This document shows, piece after piece, positions 35,929 through 48,882 of a DNA stretch of 64,000 nucleotides. Each line of letters starts with the position of its first letter. Position 1 is the stretch's first letter. The translations under genes were made by a program, and so were the position numbers. The DNA is from Cirrosporium novae-zelandiae (lineage: Eukaryota), in assembly GCA_026023565.1 (NCBI GenBank), contig JAPETS010000012.1, positions 310,001 to 374,000 on the forward strand, in the 5' to 3' direction. The notes under the pieces were generated by a model. It made no database searches. It had not been told where the DNA came from and saw only the letters and a list, made by a program, of their open reading frames with translations.

Positions 35929-38105
35929 ATAAATGAATTCTTATAGTAGTAAGGGTGGGATGGGATAGACATGGGTATGGGTACAGCAGGTATGGGGAGG
36001 AGGAGGGAAGAAATACGATAATCTTATTTCCCCCCATTTCTTGTATGCGTGCCACACCCATTTCGAATGAATAAAAAAAAGAAATGAATATGTTAACACA
36101 GTAGTATAATGATAACGGTAATGAAGAATACCGATCATACATACCTAAATACCTACCCATATGCACATACACATACATACCCACACTTCCCCAAACCCAA
36201 AATCCGAAAGCCGGAGCCGGAGCCAGAGCAAGAGCCGAGACCAGGGACATGGACATCCCATACCCATGCCCATGCCCAGAATCATGTTATCATCAACCAA
36301 ATACCAAATACCCAAATACTTAAATACCCATATATACATAATAGTTACCAACCAACCATACTCATCCAATACTTTTTTCCCCTTCCCTCCTTCCCCGAAT
36401 ACGAATAAGAATACGAAAACAATTATGTGATTATCCAATAGTTAGATAGATGTTGGTATACATGCATGCATGCATAGCACTTGATGGAGTTGTTGGGGTT
36501 GTTGGGGGTTGGATAGCATGTACCGCATATACCATACCATATACTATATCCATCCATCTAGTCATGATACACAATACACACACAATAAAATAAATAAATA
36601 TATAGGGTGTATGTGTATATATATAGAGACAAAGAAAGAGAGCAATCACTCGTATAGACTAATCAATTAAGTAGATCGACACCTCCACCTCCCCCTCCAC
36701 AATGGACCGGGGTTGGGGTGGGGGGAGAGGGGACCAAGGACTTAACTTGGTGATTTGGAAAAACAATTCATACCTTTTTCTTCTCTTGCTCGTTTATATC
36801 GGGGTTTATTTGGTTGGTTGATTGGTTGGTTATATATACAGACAGACATAGCGATACATATATATTGACTCGTAATTTGTGTTGGTTGGTTCCGAATAAA
36901 TAACCATGTAACGAATCGTTAATTAAGTCAACCTGTATATAACAAGACAATTACAATACAATATAATACAGTACATAGAATAGTCAAAGTATCTAAACAC
37001 TTAAAAACTAATCAACTAAAATAATTAATTAGATAACTGCTTCAACGATTAATTAATTAATTACCCAAATCCATCTATTTGCATTTTTTTTATATTCATC
37101 ACTTAATTTCTCTCTTTCTCTCTGTATATGGAATATTCTCTGATAAATCCCTAGAAAAAAATCTTTCACGTGGGTGGGTGCATGCATACTGGAGATCGTT
37201 ATGTGGGGTATGTGGGAACACTGGCAAATACAGTACTGATGATAATTAATAGGTGTTAATGCGCTGGGGTTTCTGGTTCTCTTCGTTTCGTGTTGATCAA
37301 TTTCATAAGGGTGGAGTTTGATACCATAGGACTTAGGACTCAAGACCATTAATGAAACTGAGCTGTGATCCTTTTTTTTGTTAGGATGGAGGGGCTCGTC
37401 GAAGGGTATATACCGTATACAGGCCATGGCGGAATATATTCTGGTTTATTATCTCTCTTCAGTCACCACCTGTCGACTAGTCTTGGCCATCGAGGAGTAT
37501 TGATAGTGTTCACAAACATTGTGTATTCTCTGCGTTTTTGTTGGTCCTTCATTCTTGGGATACTGTTGGCGGCTGGATAGTTGGCTGGTTGGTGGAGATT
37601 GATTGGGCGATTTGAATCGTTTGATGGGATGTGTATCAAAGAGCCCCTGGAAATAAAATTGCCTCTATGGATTTATAAGGACTTTGACGCGTCACGTCTT
37701 TCTAGAAGGAGGCAAGTATAGTCTTACTACCATAAGCGGGTGGTGGTGTAATGTGATCGCAGAGAAAACAACAACATTTCCCCTCTTCTCAATTCCAAGG
37801 TAGCATTGAGGTGACTGCAAATATCGAAAGAATATGACTGATCATTCCTTACAAACCCGATTTTTCAATAAAGGCTCATGGCTTGAGGTACTAATGTGGT
37901 ACTAAACAATAATACTCTGTGGAACTTCTTGGTGTCTTGGGTCACGGAACGAATGGACCGGACGTCCCTGGCGTTTGGTTTTCCGTAGTGTGTAGTTAAG
38001 CATTCCCTTCTGGTCTATGAAGATTTGCTTTGTTTCTGACTTTCATAATATTAGAGCCGGGTTTCTAACCTCCGATTTATCACGTCCAAACAAGCTTCCA
38101 GGGTT

Positions 38106-40030
38106 TTAAAACATAAAATGCCTAGATTTTTGCTCAAGGGTCCTGATAAAGTTCTCATTTATATCCTTCTCTACACCAACTTGGCGACGATTATCAGTCC
38201 ATCTCCAAATCTCTTCGGTGATGTTCATCATATGATCCCGTGATACATCTCGATGCACATCCTTCATGGCTGTGTGTATACGGCGTACCCAGGACCGATC
38301 CTCTGGTGTTATGGCCTCACGAGCAGACATGTATAGCGGTAGGGGTAGGGATGAATCGGGGCCACTGCCTACAGGAATTGAATCAATAAGTCTAAAAATT
38401 GTCTTTGCAATTTGCTGCACCCGAATTGAGTCCGTAGCGTCTCTAAAAACGCGGCGCTGAAGAAGAAGATGGGCGGTCCAATAGAAGCATTCGCTAAGCA
38501 CATTGAGGTATAATCGGGACAGGTCGGATTCATTCGAGTCACCCCCGTCTGAAGGGATACTGGCCTTCTGGATCTCGGTCATCGTTCTGATAGGAAAACG
38601 GCTCGAGCCCCAAACGCGCAGTTCCGTTTCAAGAGTGAATGCTCGTGCGAGAGTATATGCAGACTGGTCTTCATTTTCGATCATCTCACAGGCCAAATTT
38701 GATATTCTCGCAAGGAAGCTGAGAACAGCTTGTGGACACCCAGTCATTTCACGGAACGAAGGCTCTGTATGATCTAGGTTTTCGTGTATTGAATGCATCC
38801 AAAAGTCGGGAGGGGCGTATGGTCTTTGATGTCGCAATATGGAAGTCACAACATCAATCATTGCAAATCTTTGAACTAGAACGCGGGAAGTAAATCCATG
38901 AAGGGGCTTATAGACGTAGTCAAGCTCTTCCAAGAAGTGAAATGCGCATTTTAAATGAGCCTCAACCTCAGTACTTCCGGTCATTACTACATTAGTAATC
39001 TGTAATAGGATCGTAGCTAGAGCCTCCTCCTTGGCCGAAAGGCTGGCGGTCTTGGTCAGTTGGGTTACGTCTGTCGTGTGACTTGACTCCCTTGAATCGT
39101 CTCTTGTCTCTAAAGCACTCAAGGCTTCCTGTAAGGACCTAAGGGCGCGACTCTGACGGGCAAATACCAGCTCAGCATTGCTTCTACCTTGAATCAACAT
39201 ATGTGCGGTAGCAACAGAAATTATAGTTTTTAGCAAAACAGGAGAGGCCAAAGCCATGGTTGAAAGCTTCCGGTAAGGGTTTTGAGCGCCATCTAGAGCT
39301 GGTATGCAGGCAGATACATGTTTAAAGTCTACCGAATGCTTAGTAGTCTTCATCGCTGTGATTATATGGTTTACTTACAATAGGCATAGGCAATACGTTC
39401 ACCCGGAGTCTCAAAGCAAAGAGCTAATGTATCGTCAAACATCTTATCATCAAGGATCCATACATCAGGAGGTGATGCTACTAGACTCCCTTCCGACATC
39501 TCTTCAGAGCGCTCCAGCTCGGGAGGCTCGGTTGCTGAACTTGGAGAAGAATCTTCGAATGAACCCATGTCACTTTCCAATATATCATAGTTTTCATTAT
39601 TGTAGATATATGAAGTGGGGTCATAGGTATCCAACTCTTTCTGTTCATCTGGTGGAGAGGTTTGTTGCGGAAAGGTGGTGGTTGTTAAACTGTTCTGTGA
39701 GCCTGACACATGATGAGTGGTGGAAAGTTGGTTCAAAGAATTTGTGGCCGTAGGTTGTACTTCTAGTATTCCGATGTGAGCTCTTGATGTATTTTTCGGT
39801 CTTGTTGTTGATCGAAACGATGAAGGACTTCCATTCTCAATCCATCGCAGCTTTACCGAATATTCACATTCTATTCCGCTTTTAGTACAGGCCCTGCAGC
39901 GAGGTCGCTCTTCGTCGCATTTCTTGTGTCGTTTTCTGCATGTTATGCACCCTTGTTGATGTCAACACTGTGCTACTTTCGATCGAAATTCATTCGATTT
40001 ACCTTGACGCGATCGAAGATTGCTTCTCAT
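38106..40030 (-). CDS. Zn(II)2Cys6 transcription factor with fungal-specific C-terminal (Fungal_trans_2-like) domain
   Basis: Reconstructed N-terminus MRSNLRSRQG|CITCRKRHKKCDEERPRCRACTKSGIECEY. A second intron at ~39330-39378 joins to the C-terminal domain (HLKCA, MTGCP, LPLYMSAREA). Confidence 0.92.
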
Positions 40031-40735
40031 GGTTTGATACGGTCAGTGGTGGTGTAGCGAGTAGGTTCTTGGTTCAGAGATGACAAAGTGGAGTACTCGG
40101 TTGGTTATTTTGACCTCGAACTCGATAAAAAAGATGGACAAGGCAGCAAAGTGGGTATAGTGACGCATGGGAATTTGAATCCCGGCGAAGATGCTGGGTT
40201 CATACAGTAAATACGGAAGTTGGGAGACTGGAGACTAGCCTTCCGAATCTGGTTTCCTGTTATCTTGCTTATCTGATAGGACCGGCGAACATGGCATTAT
40301 CATTGATCCCGACACAACCAGACATAGCCAAACTTCCTCAAGTACACCAGGCTAACATCGCTCAAACCTTAAACTTATATTAAAGTCCCTCTCGGAATAA
40401 ACAAACTTGTCTTTTTGAAACTCGTATTTCAAATAAAACTACTTTAGTATAGATCAAATATATATATGTAAAAATGTCCAACCCTCGTAATAAAATATAA
40501 CCAAACCAACGCCGGCCGTTTGGGAATCATATCCTGAACAATCTTTTAAAAAATAATATAAATGTCAACGCAATAAATAACACTAATAAAAATGACCGTA
40601 AAATACCCCAAGGAGCCAATGCCCAGAATGACAACCTCCAAAGAATCATAAATAGCTCTCCTTTAATCCCATCATTTTTTTGTTCAAAATCTACCTAAGT
40701 CTAAATCCTCAAGCTATAGCTAGAAATTTATTCCG

Positions 40736-41947
40736 TCAAGGGTGGAATTGACCTCCTGTTGTCGAGTTTGGCGCTACTAGTGGCCTTGTAGCTGGAGATG
40801 CCGGGCGAGGTGAGGTTCGATCGCGAGTGCTGGCACTGCTACCTTCACGTTGTGGGAATAAAGAGTAGTTGCTCGCGCTGCTGCCTTGGCGAGGGACGTG
40901 ATTATAGTTCGCATTACTAGAATCATCGTATCCCTGTGGTGAATTGGTGAGTGTCGGAGCGTCTGTTGGGGGTATGTAATAAGGATTGGGGACTGTAGAA
41001 AGTTCGTTATCAGATCCCTGGTCAAAAGAGAGGGTGCGGTTAAGGCGGGTGGTTTCGTCTGGGTTCGGGTTTTCAGACACGTTGTGATAGGCAGTAGAAC
41101 TCGTCAGGCGCTTTGCTCTAGTAGTTGTTGCCGGTATAATTGGAGTTGGTTTGTCCTCATCGTCACCGCCACCCAATCTTCTGGTGAGTTCGGCGCGCTT
41201 CTTCTTATCGCGTATATAAATGACCACGACGCTACTGAATCCGCAGAAGGCAAACCCGCCGAGGAAAAGACCGGCAAATATTGAGCTGCCTGTGGTGCTT
41301 CCATTACTGGACGAGGATGAGGAGGTAGTCGTAGCGGATGCGGTAGACGATGTAGTCTTTGTAGAAGTAGAAGTGGAGGTTGTTTTGGACGCGGATGAAG
41401 TCGTTGTACCCGAAGCAGAGCTAGACGATCCGGATGCTGTTGAGGAAGCGGATCCCGAGGCTGTTGATGTAGCAGAACCAGATGTGCTGGTAGTGGTGTC
41501 AGTGGTGTCGGTGGTGGTGGTGGCAGCATCTGATGTACTTGTGGAGTCGTCTGCTGTAGTGGTAGTAGCATCCGCCGTTGATTCGTCTGTCGTGGTTGTA
41601 GTAGCTACCTTAGCACGCCTCCTCAAACCTCGTCGAAGAGAGTCCTCTTTGATCCTTTGTTGTTCCGTCCATCCGCCATATCCGTTCAGGAAGCTTCGTG
41701 GAATTGCGTCTTCATCCAAGACGGAGCATCCTTCATCATTTACGCATTTCCAGAATTTTAAGGCAAAAGCGTCATTAGTTTGTTCCCAGCTTCCTTCCCA
41801 GAAACAATCAGATAGTACTTCGTAGGCATTTTCACATTGAAAATTGGTTGCAAAATCAGGCGGTATCGGTAAGGCTTTTCGAGCGTTTTGTGCTGTTGTG
41901 CGTAATGCAAAGGAACATGCTGCGAGGAGAAGCGGGGCTGAACGCAT
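40736..41947 (-). CDS. Type I membrane protein: signal peptide, small Cys domain, Ser/Thr-rich stalk, TM helix, cytoplasmic tail (Mid2/Wsc-like architecture)
   Basis: 403-aa intronless ORF with an N-terminal signal, four Cys, a long S/T tract, and TM IFAGLFLGGFAFCGFSSVVVIYI followed by RDKKKR. Confidence 0.8.
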   Translation of the reverse strand: MRSAPLLLAACSFALRTTAQNARKALPIPPDFATNFQCENAYEVLSDCFWEGSWEQTNDAFALKFWKCVNDEGCSVLDEDAIPRSFLNGYGGWTEQQRIKEDSLRRGLRRRAKVATTTTTDESTADATTTTADDSTSTSDAATTTTDTTDTTTSTSGSATSTASGSASSTASGSSSSASGTTTSSASKTTSTSTSTKTTSSTASATTTSSSSSSNGSTTGSSIFAGLFLGGFAFCGFSSVVVIYIRDKKKRAELTRRLGGGDDEDKPTPIIPATTTRAKRLTSSTAYHNVSENPNPDETTRLNRTLSFDQGSDNELSTVPNPYYIPPTDAPTLTNSPQGYDDSSNANYNHVPRQGSSASNYSLFPQREGSSASTRDRTSPRPASPATRPLVAPNSTTGGQFHP

Positions 41948-43080
41948 TATATTCGTTGGATTAGAAGAACGATTGATGCTGATATTTATAGTGACTGGAG
42001 TGGGAATCTTATTTTTTCCCCGTTGGTCGTGAGTATTTTAGACGTGTCAAAGAGTGGTGAAAGAGTTCAAATGAGCGAACGGAGGACAATGACCAGATAG
42101 GAATACTGGCTTTGGTGAGACGTCAAATAGGGTGAGTACTGCAAATGGAATATGGTCAAGTTAGATGGACTGAAAAAGAAGCAAGACAAAAGAACAGGAA
42201 AGGGGGAATTGAGTGCTATGTATACCAAACATTGTTGCTACAGCCAAGGCCCATGCAAGCACATCATTCCCTTGTTCGTTAGCATCGCAGAGAGATGGAT
42301 AGATTGTGTTGAGGGTGTTCAAGCTATGACGAATCACATTGTGGCTCGATGAACAACAATTGACCTAGATAGGGTTTTTGGTATGGTTCAGAAACCTTTG
42401 AGGTTAGAAAGTGGCTCGGGAATGGTTGATGCTACGATATGATCAACTCTCATGGGATAATGGCCTTTGTAGTACGCGGCAGTTGTGGAGCACTAACGAC
42501 AACAAGACTCTAAAAATTTCTTTTTTGAATACCGTTTAGAAACCGTTTCAGACCTTAAGACCTTAAAGGAGAGTCCTTGTAGCTTCGGTAAATAGTTATT
42601 CCCCAGCTCAGCCGCGGCCATGGCCCAACAACCCTTGGAACAACATGGCCTTAACAAAAGCTTAGACGTCAACACCGCACACCTCTTACGAATAACTCCC
42701 AATAAGTCCAAACCGAAGAAATTGGAAATTGCAACGGCTATTACTCCGCAAAGCTTGTTAATACATACTAGTGCCATCTACCATATTTACCTGTTCATTG
42801 CTTTCTGCCTTGCCATCTTAAATAAGTACCATAATCCGCCTTACACGACGCTCCAGCATAAGATGCCGCTTCGATCACCGTAGTAAATTGTATCCTTTTA
42901 GGGAGTTGAACACGCAGATCATCTTGTGAGTAACTAAACAGCCATTTATCCAGTATCATTATCGTCATTATATTAACAGTCATTCATTATGCCACATCTT
43001 TTTAGCACATCGTCATTTGCCCCGTGACTGCCAACTAGCTCCAATTATTCCTCCCCTCTCGAACCCACGACGGTCGTCCA

Positions 43081-45375
43081 TCAAGCATATGTTGATGTTG
43101 GAAGAGGCACGAAGCTCTCTGTATGGGTGGTGTTCGCTGTCCCAACCGTTGAGAGGTTTGCTGTGACAGGAAGAGTACCGTCGGCGATGTTCATATGGTT
43201 AAGCGTGCGATTATAGAACGCGAGAGAAGCGAGAGCTAGACCATGGTCAGTTCGTCCCTTAGATTGAAACAACATCGCAGAATTTCGAGTCAATGAGGTA
43301 GCATAAAGCATTAACAAGCTGGGTTTGTCGTATGGATAAAAAACAAAACAAGGATGGCTTCTTCTTACGTTGGTAATATGGAACTTCATGTCCTGACTCA
43401 TAGACCCTGGTGAAGCTGAAGTTCCCATACTGGCGAACCTCACCATATTGAACGCCGTCGACGACAAAGGCTTCATATCCTGCTGCTGCAAACTCTGCTT
43501 TATGCGTGTAATTTACAGCAAGGGAGACCGCCCTATGATAAGATTAGAATTCAATCTTCGCCACTGGATAACTAGACGCTAGATGGTAGGGATTTCCAAA
43601 CTTACTGTCCGCCAAACCAATTACAAATATAATCCGCATCACCGTAAAACAAGCCCACACGGACACCAGCATCGAGTAGCTGTTCAAGGTCTTCGATAAA
43701 GTTATCGTAAATGAAGTCTCCAGTAGATTGGAAAGCCCAGTAAGTGTCAGCGTAGTTTGAGGTATAATTTAGATTTACTTCAAGTAGAATCAGTAGTCGC
43801 ATCAATAAGAGTATGGTAGATCTCGTTTGGACAAACCTCCCAAAGCATTCTGAACGTATGCACTATTAAGATAATCAAGCATATAATCTGGAGGGGTAGG
43901 ATCATCATACGGATGCCGAATGTCATAAACACCCCGGTCTGAGAAAGGTCAACTCATGGAATCATAATTTGGTGCAAGAGCAACTTACCCCCGATGTTCT
44001 CATAGGGACCTTCTACATTATCCCTGCACATATCTGCAGCTTCTTGACAGATAGAATCGTAGGTTGTCTTCGTCAAATACTCCTTGGGCTCAGACCGGCA
44101 AATCGCAATCTATTTCCAAATACTATCAATTGACGATCTTTTTACGTCCGGTAAAAAGGTATTACCTGTTCGAGGCATCCGAGAGGCATGTTTAAAGCAA
44201 ACTTCATGTAACTATAAACAGTGTCGTTGACTGCTTTCTGTAATGCAAAGGTTAGCTGCTAATCACTAAGCCTGAAATCCAATGAAACATCTCTTACAAT
44301 TCCATATGTGTTGTTCACGGCCATCTCTGGATACCAAGGCGCTTGGGTCATTTCGTCAATAATACCATTTATAATCTATACCTAGAATTAGCAATATAAT
44401 GAAACCTTGAATGAGTACCTACACCCAAGCTATTAAAATTCAGATGAATTCCGTCAGCGGTACCATTGGCAATCTTTTCATTTTGCTCGTAAAAATAGTT
44501 GTAGAATCCAGGCCTACATAGTTTTAGCCGGGGAGTGCATAAAGGGTGACGGCTGACTTACCCATAGTGGCCCCCATAACTTTCCGTCCACAAATTGAAG
44601 TCCTTGTATGCGACTTCTGAGTCTAGTTGAGGTAACGCGCCGAGAAAAGCCTGCAGAATATGATAGCAAGCAATAGCAGCTAAGTCGGTGTCATCGATGA
44701 GATCCGCATCGGCAACAGGCCATCGTCCCGTCGGTTCTGCATAACTTGAGTTGAGGACAGCGCCAGACCAAGTTTCATCAAGAGATCCAACTTCTTCCGA
44801 TTCGTAAGAGAACCCGGTTCCATAAGGCTGGGATAGAAACAAAATGTTTGACACATTGTTCCAGCTATACGGATTGATTGAGGATGTTATGTTTTCGGTA
44901 ACATTGCAAGGCCCAAGTTCTAAAAATATCAGAAGTGTTACAAAGAAGGAGAGCACCAGTATTTACCTTGAAGAAGACCAATCATTGAATCCGACCCTGG
45001 ACCTCCATTCAACCACAAAGTGAAAGGATCATTGGCAGGATCAGATCTTGATTCGAAGAACCAGAAGAACGCATGTCTATCTGGCGCAAGATCTATGTAG
45101 CCAGAATACCTAGCTTGGCCATTAGAATAATACTATCTACATGTCTTGACGGGTGACACCCACGAGTTGACACCAGGTGTAGTTTCGCATACTCCAGCCT
45201 TCCCTGGCTCTTTGTATCGGATTGTCACATTCTGGGGTGATGTGATTGTCTTGTAATCGGTAATATTGGCAGGGATTTGTCGTGCAACTAGCTTGGGCTT
45301 TGGGCGGGAAGCTTCTCCCCAAGATGCGGAGAGTAGCAGACAGGCAACCGAGGTCTGAAAAAATTGTCCTAGCAT
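43081..45375 (-). CDS. Secreted serine carboxypeptidase (peptidase S10, carboxypeptidase S1-like), multi-exon
   Basis: Signal peptide, [27 protein letters not shown], catalytic [21 protein letters not shown], and [12 protein letters not shown]. Confidence 0.95.
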
Positions 45376-47969
45376 TTTGATGTTGTGCGATGAGGAAACT
45401 GCGAAATGTGTTCGGCACGACACCAAGCTCAATGGTCTAGGGAGAATAAAGACTGATATATAGTACGGTGAGCACCACAGCTGATCAAAGATGCAGGATC
45501 AAGGATATGGGCGCGGGGCGATGTAAGTTCCTATTATTTCAACCAATTTAATTGCACGGTGAGCCCGAAGAGCATCGTAATTTCGATTAGAGTGCTTGGC
45601 CAGCATCATAAGATACCGGGGGATGCGGCTGTAAGCAGGCTCAAGCAGAATTGACTTCCAGGAACGGCAGAGATCCAACCGTACTTCCAACAAAGATCCA
45701 CGAATTGCAGCTTGATATCGCGTGTCTAGCCATATGTGGAGGGTGGGTGGTGGATCAGGAACAGTACGGCGATCTGTTTTAAGAAGGCGGGAAAGCAGCC
45801 TTCCATGATTAGGATTTGATAGTTATCTCTTATCATATGGTTCAAGGTGGTGTAATATGTAAGAGAATGATGCTTGACGTTGTGGCATTGGCTACCACGG
45901 TACGCACCATACTGCGGCTCACAAGTTCACAACGGCGCTGCAAGTATAATCCCACGTAATTCTTGGCACCCCACATCCATCCCGTATCTAGTGATAATCA
46001 TCGGGGAAATATGTGAAAAAAGGTAGAGAGCTTCGAGAAGCTTTCATTTCTTGCCGGATGAAAACCATGAAATAGCGAATAGGATCGACAGAGTTAATCG
46101 GTTGTATTTGATAGTACTATCCACATGGGATAACCTGACTAGTTGGAGCCACTAAAAAAAACAACGTAAGGAGTACGAGAACAATCAATAATGCACAATG
46201 CACAAGGTACATGTACAGTACAATACATACTAGAATGTACCGTGCTCAACAGATTGCATGATCCGGTACATATATATATATAAATTAAGTTACAATTATA
46301 TTGGTCCCAACAAGTTGAATTGATATAATTATTAATCTTGACCTCAACCTATTCATCCTTCAACTTTGCTTTTTTTGCTATTGAGGAAGGATAAGGATTT
46401 GTGGCGTCCGTAGGTAGGTGACTCCGTTGTTGCCAAGTTCGATTAAGGATCCTATAGCTGGTGAATGGATGGAATTAATTAATGTAGGTGAAGTCGAGGC
46501 AAGGAGGAGCAAAGGATGCAAAATTGTCTTATGAAGTTTGATACATCATATTACGTTCTGGGTAGTAATACAACCACAATCTGTTCTGTGACAACTGAAA
46601 CAATTCACATTAATGTTTACATATATTTCTCTCCAACAAAGAATGACGCGGGGCACATCTAGAGTACTAGCCCCTAAGACCCATCTTCTCGGTTATCTCG
46701 CCATACTCGCCTACATAAAATCCAATGCAGATGACGCAGGGGATACATGCAGATATGATCAACTTTATCATATGGGATACCTATTCACGATAAACGAACA
46801 GGAAATATGAGCACAAATTGTAGTGAGACTGAACAGTCATGTTTTCATATGAAATTGGATAGTCGGCGAAGTATTATTAGAGAAATAACTATTGATCGCA
46901 CGCTTTTCATTATTTTCGCCACCGAGGAAAATAATGACCGGGCTATTATTACCCTCGAAATAATCCGAGTTGACCCAATGACGGATCTAAAAAGTGCGAT
47001 CGGTGTGGGGTTCGTAACGTGGATTGTCAGGAAAATGATCTACTTCCACAGTAAGATATTGGGTTAAAACCTGAAAATGCTTTTGTGTGCTGTAGAATGG
47101 CAGGCTCATAGTATCAATGGTTTATTGGTCCAGGAAGTGTTAGTGCAACCAATTTGAATTTTCCCAAGGACTGAACTCTTGTCGAATGAATAAATTAGAG
47201 TAGGTAGTATATAGAGTAACTTATTTAGCGACGACTTCACTTACTTCATTATTTAGGAAGGTATAAAGGCTAGAGTCATTGCTATGGGTCACGACCCCAA
47301 AGCTCATGAAGAGAGTGAGAAGGAAGAGGCCCATTAAGGCCCGGAGCTTGAGGGCGTCCATCAAAAGGACAGCGAAGGCAAGCGAGGAGGGGGCAGAGAG
47401 AGGGAGGTTGAGTACTGATCAAGAAGAAGCGTCCTGAGAATTTAAGAACCATACGTGCCCCCTTTTGTGTAATCTTGGGTTAGGAACCGAGAAATATACA
47501 ACCCGAGGGAAAGGAATGAGATTTAGAAAGCCAATCCCAACATAAGCCAAAACAGTATGGAAAGATATCGCTTATGCCACTTGTGGGTAGCATATGTGAC
47601 CTAGCCCTGACATTGGAGTAGAGTTTTGACCTGTGTCCACTTAAACGGGCCAAAAAGTGACATAGTTTCTCGGTCTGTGTCCGAGCATTTTTATTTGCTG
47701 ATGTATGAACATGTGTTGGTGATAGTTGTCCCTATAGAGAAAGTTAGGATATTGAAAATATTGTAATCAGTGAGAGTGATGTCGATTCTAAGCTAGCACT
47801 GGTGGTACAGCTAACCCCCCAAAAAAGTAAGGTGGGATTATCAGAGTTGCGCAGGCGATTAAGACTATAACAATATCAATAAATAACTTGAAAGAAACAA
47901 GTCACTATACCTTCTAAAATTAGTTATTATCACATTACTCCTTTTCGTTGCGCCCTTGAAACCAAAGTC

Positions 47970-48581
47970 ATGCCTCTCGAACTCTTGCCTGCATCCCTCG
48001 AAGATGTCCCAATCTTGACAAGCATATACTTCTCAGCTTTTCAAGATGCACTTGCTCTGGCTTTGTTTCCTCGAACCGAAGGTGTCCGTCTCTGGTGGGA
48101 ATCTCACCTCGACGAAGAAATGCGGAATGAACCCGAGGCTCGATTCCTGAAAGTGATTGATTTGAATACAAAAGAGATTATCGCATTTGCAAAATGGGTC
48201 CTTCCAAGCCAAGAGACACGGGCTGATGAGACGCCTTCCTGGCCTGAGGATTCCAATAATGAACTTTGTAACGAGTTTTTTGGAAACCTTGCCAAGGCAC
48301 ACGCAGATATTATGGGATCAATCCCACATTACTATCTCGAACTGCTGGTAACTCTGAACGCCCATCAAGGCCGTGGTGCAGGATCAATGCTTGTAAAATG
48401 GGGAGCCGAACGAGCCGATCAAGAGGGCCTAGAGGCATGGTTAGAGGCCAGCGAAAAAGGACTACGTCTGTATGAACGTTTCGGATGGCAGAAAGTCACA
48501 GAGGTTGTGACTTTGGGTGGTAGCTATATCGAGTCATGTATGAGAAGACGGTCTAGAAGCGCCGCCAACTGCATGAAATAA
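47970..48581 (+). CDS. GNAT family N-acetyltransferase
   Basis: IIAFAKW, YYLELL, acetyl-CoA motif HQGRGAGSMLVKWG, and LEAS..G..LYERFGW. Confidence 0.92.
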   Translation: MPLELLPASLEDVPILTSIYFSAFQDALALALFPRTEGVRLWWESHLDEEMRNEPEARFLKVIDLNTKEIIAFAKWVLPSQETRADETPSWPEDSNNELCNEFFGNLAKAHADIMGSIPHYYLELLVTLNAHQGRGAGSMLVKWGAERADQEGLEAWLEASEKGLRLYERFGWQKVTEVVTLGGSYIESCMRRRSRSAANCMK

Positions 48582-48882
48582 TTCTTATTATGTAGCCTTA
48601 AAGGTGACTTTTAGCTTCTAGATTGCTAAGAAATTTGATCTTTTACTCCATGTGATGAGAGTTGTATTCGCGGTTTTCATGATCTCGTTGATGCATATAT
48701 CACGGATACGGTAAATTCATATTTGAGGCAAAGGAGGCCCGTCCTAATTATGACTAGCCAATAGCTCAAAAGGAACAGTTCAGTAAACGCCAGTGCTACA
48801 AGGTTTTTCATAAGGTGCTTTTCATCCGTCTCCGCGTATTCATTGCCATGTCTGTCTTCTATCAATCGTTCAAATCGTAAAT

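Noticed and set aside
35918..37580. Many 60-125 aa ORFs in the AT-rich, microsatellite-rich region
   Set aside because: Low-complexity translations of simple repeats with no motifs or splice structure.
40160..40235. tRNA T-arm-like GGGATTCAAATTCCC on the minus strand
   Set aside because: No matching acceptor stem, D arm or anticodon arm.
41104..41825. Long antisense and alternative-frame ORFs over the Ser/Thr-rich gene (likewise over the phosphorylase and IMH1)
   Set aside because: Shadow ORFs caused by the codon bias of the real gene.
664..48581. Whole region as one secondary-metabolite cluster
   Set aside because: No PKS, NRPS, terpene synthase or DUF3328 backbone gene, and the functions are heterogeneous and widely spaced.
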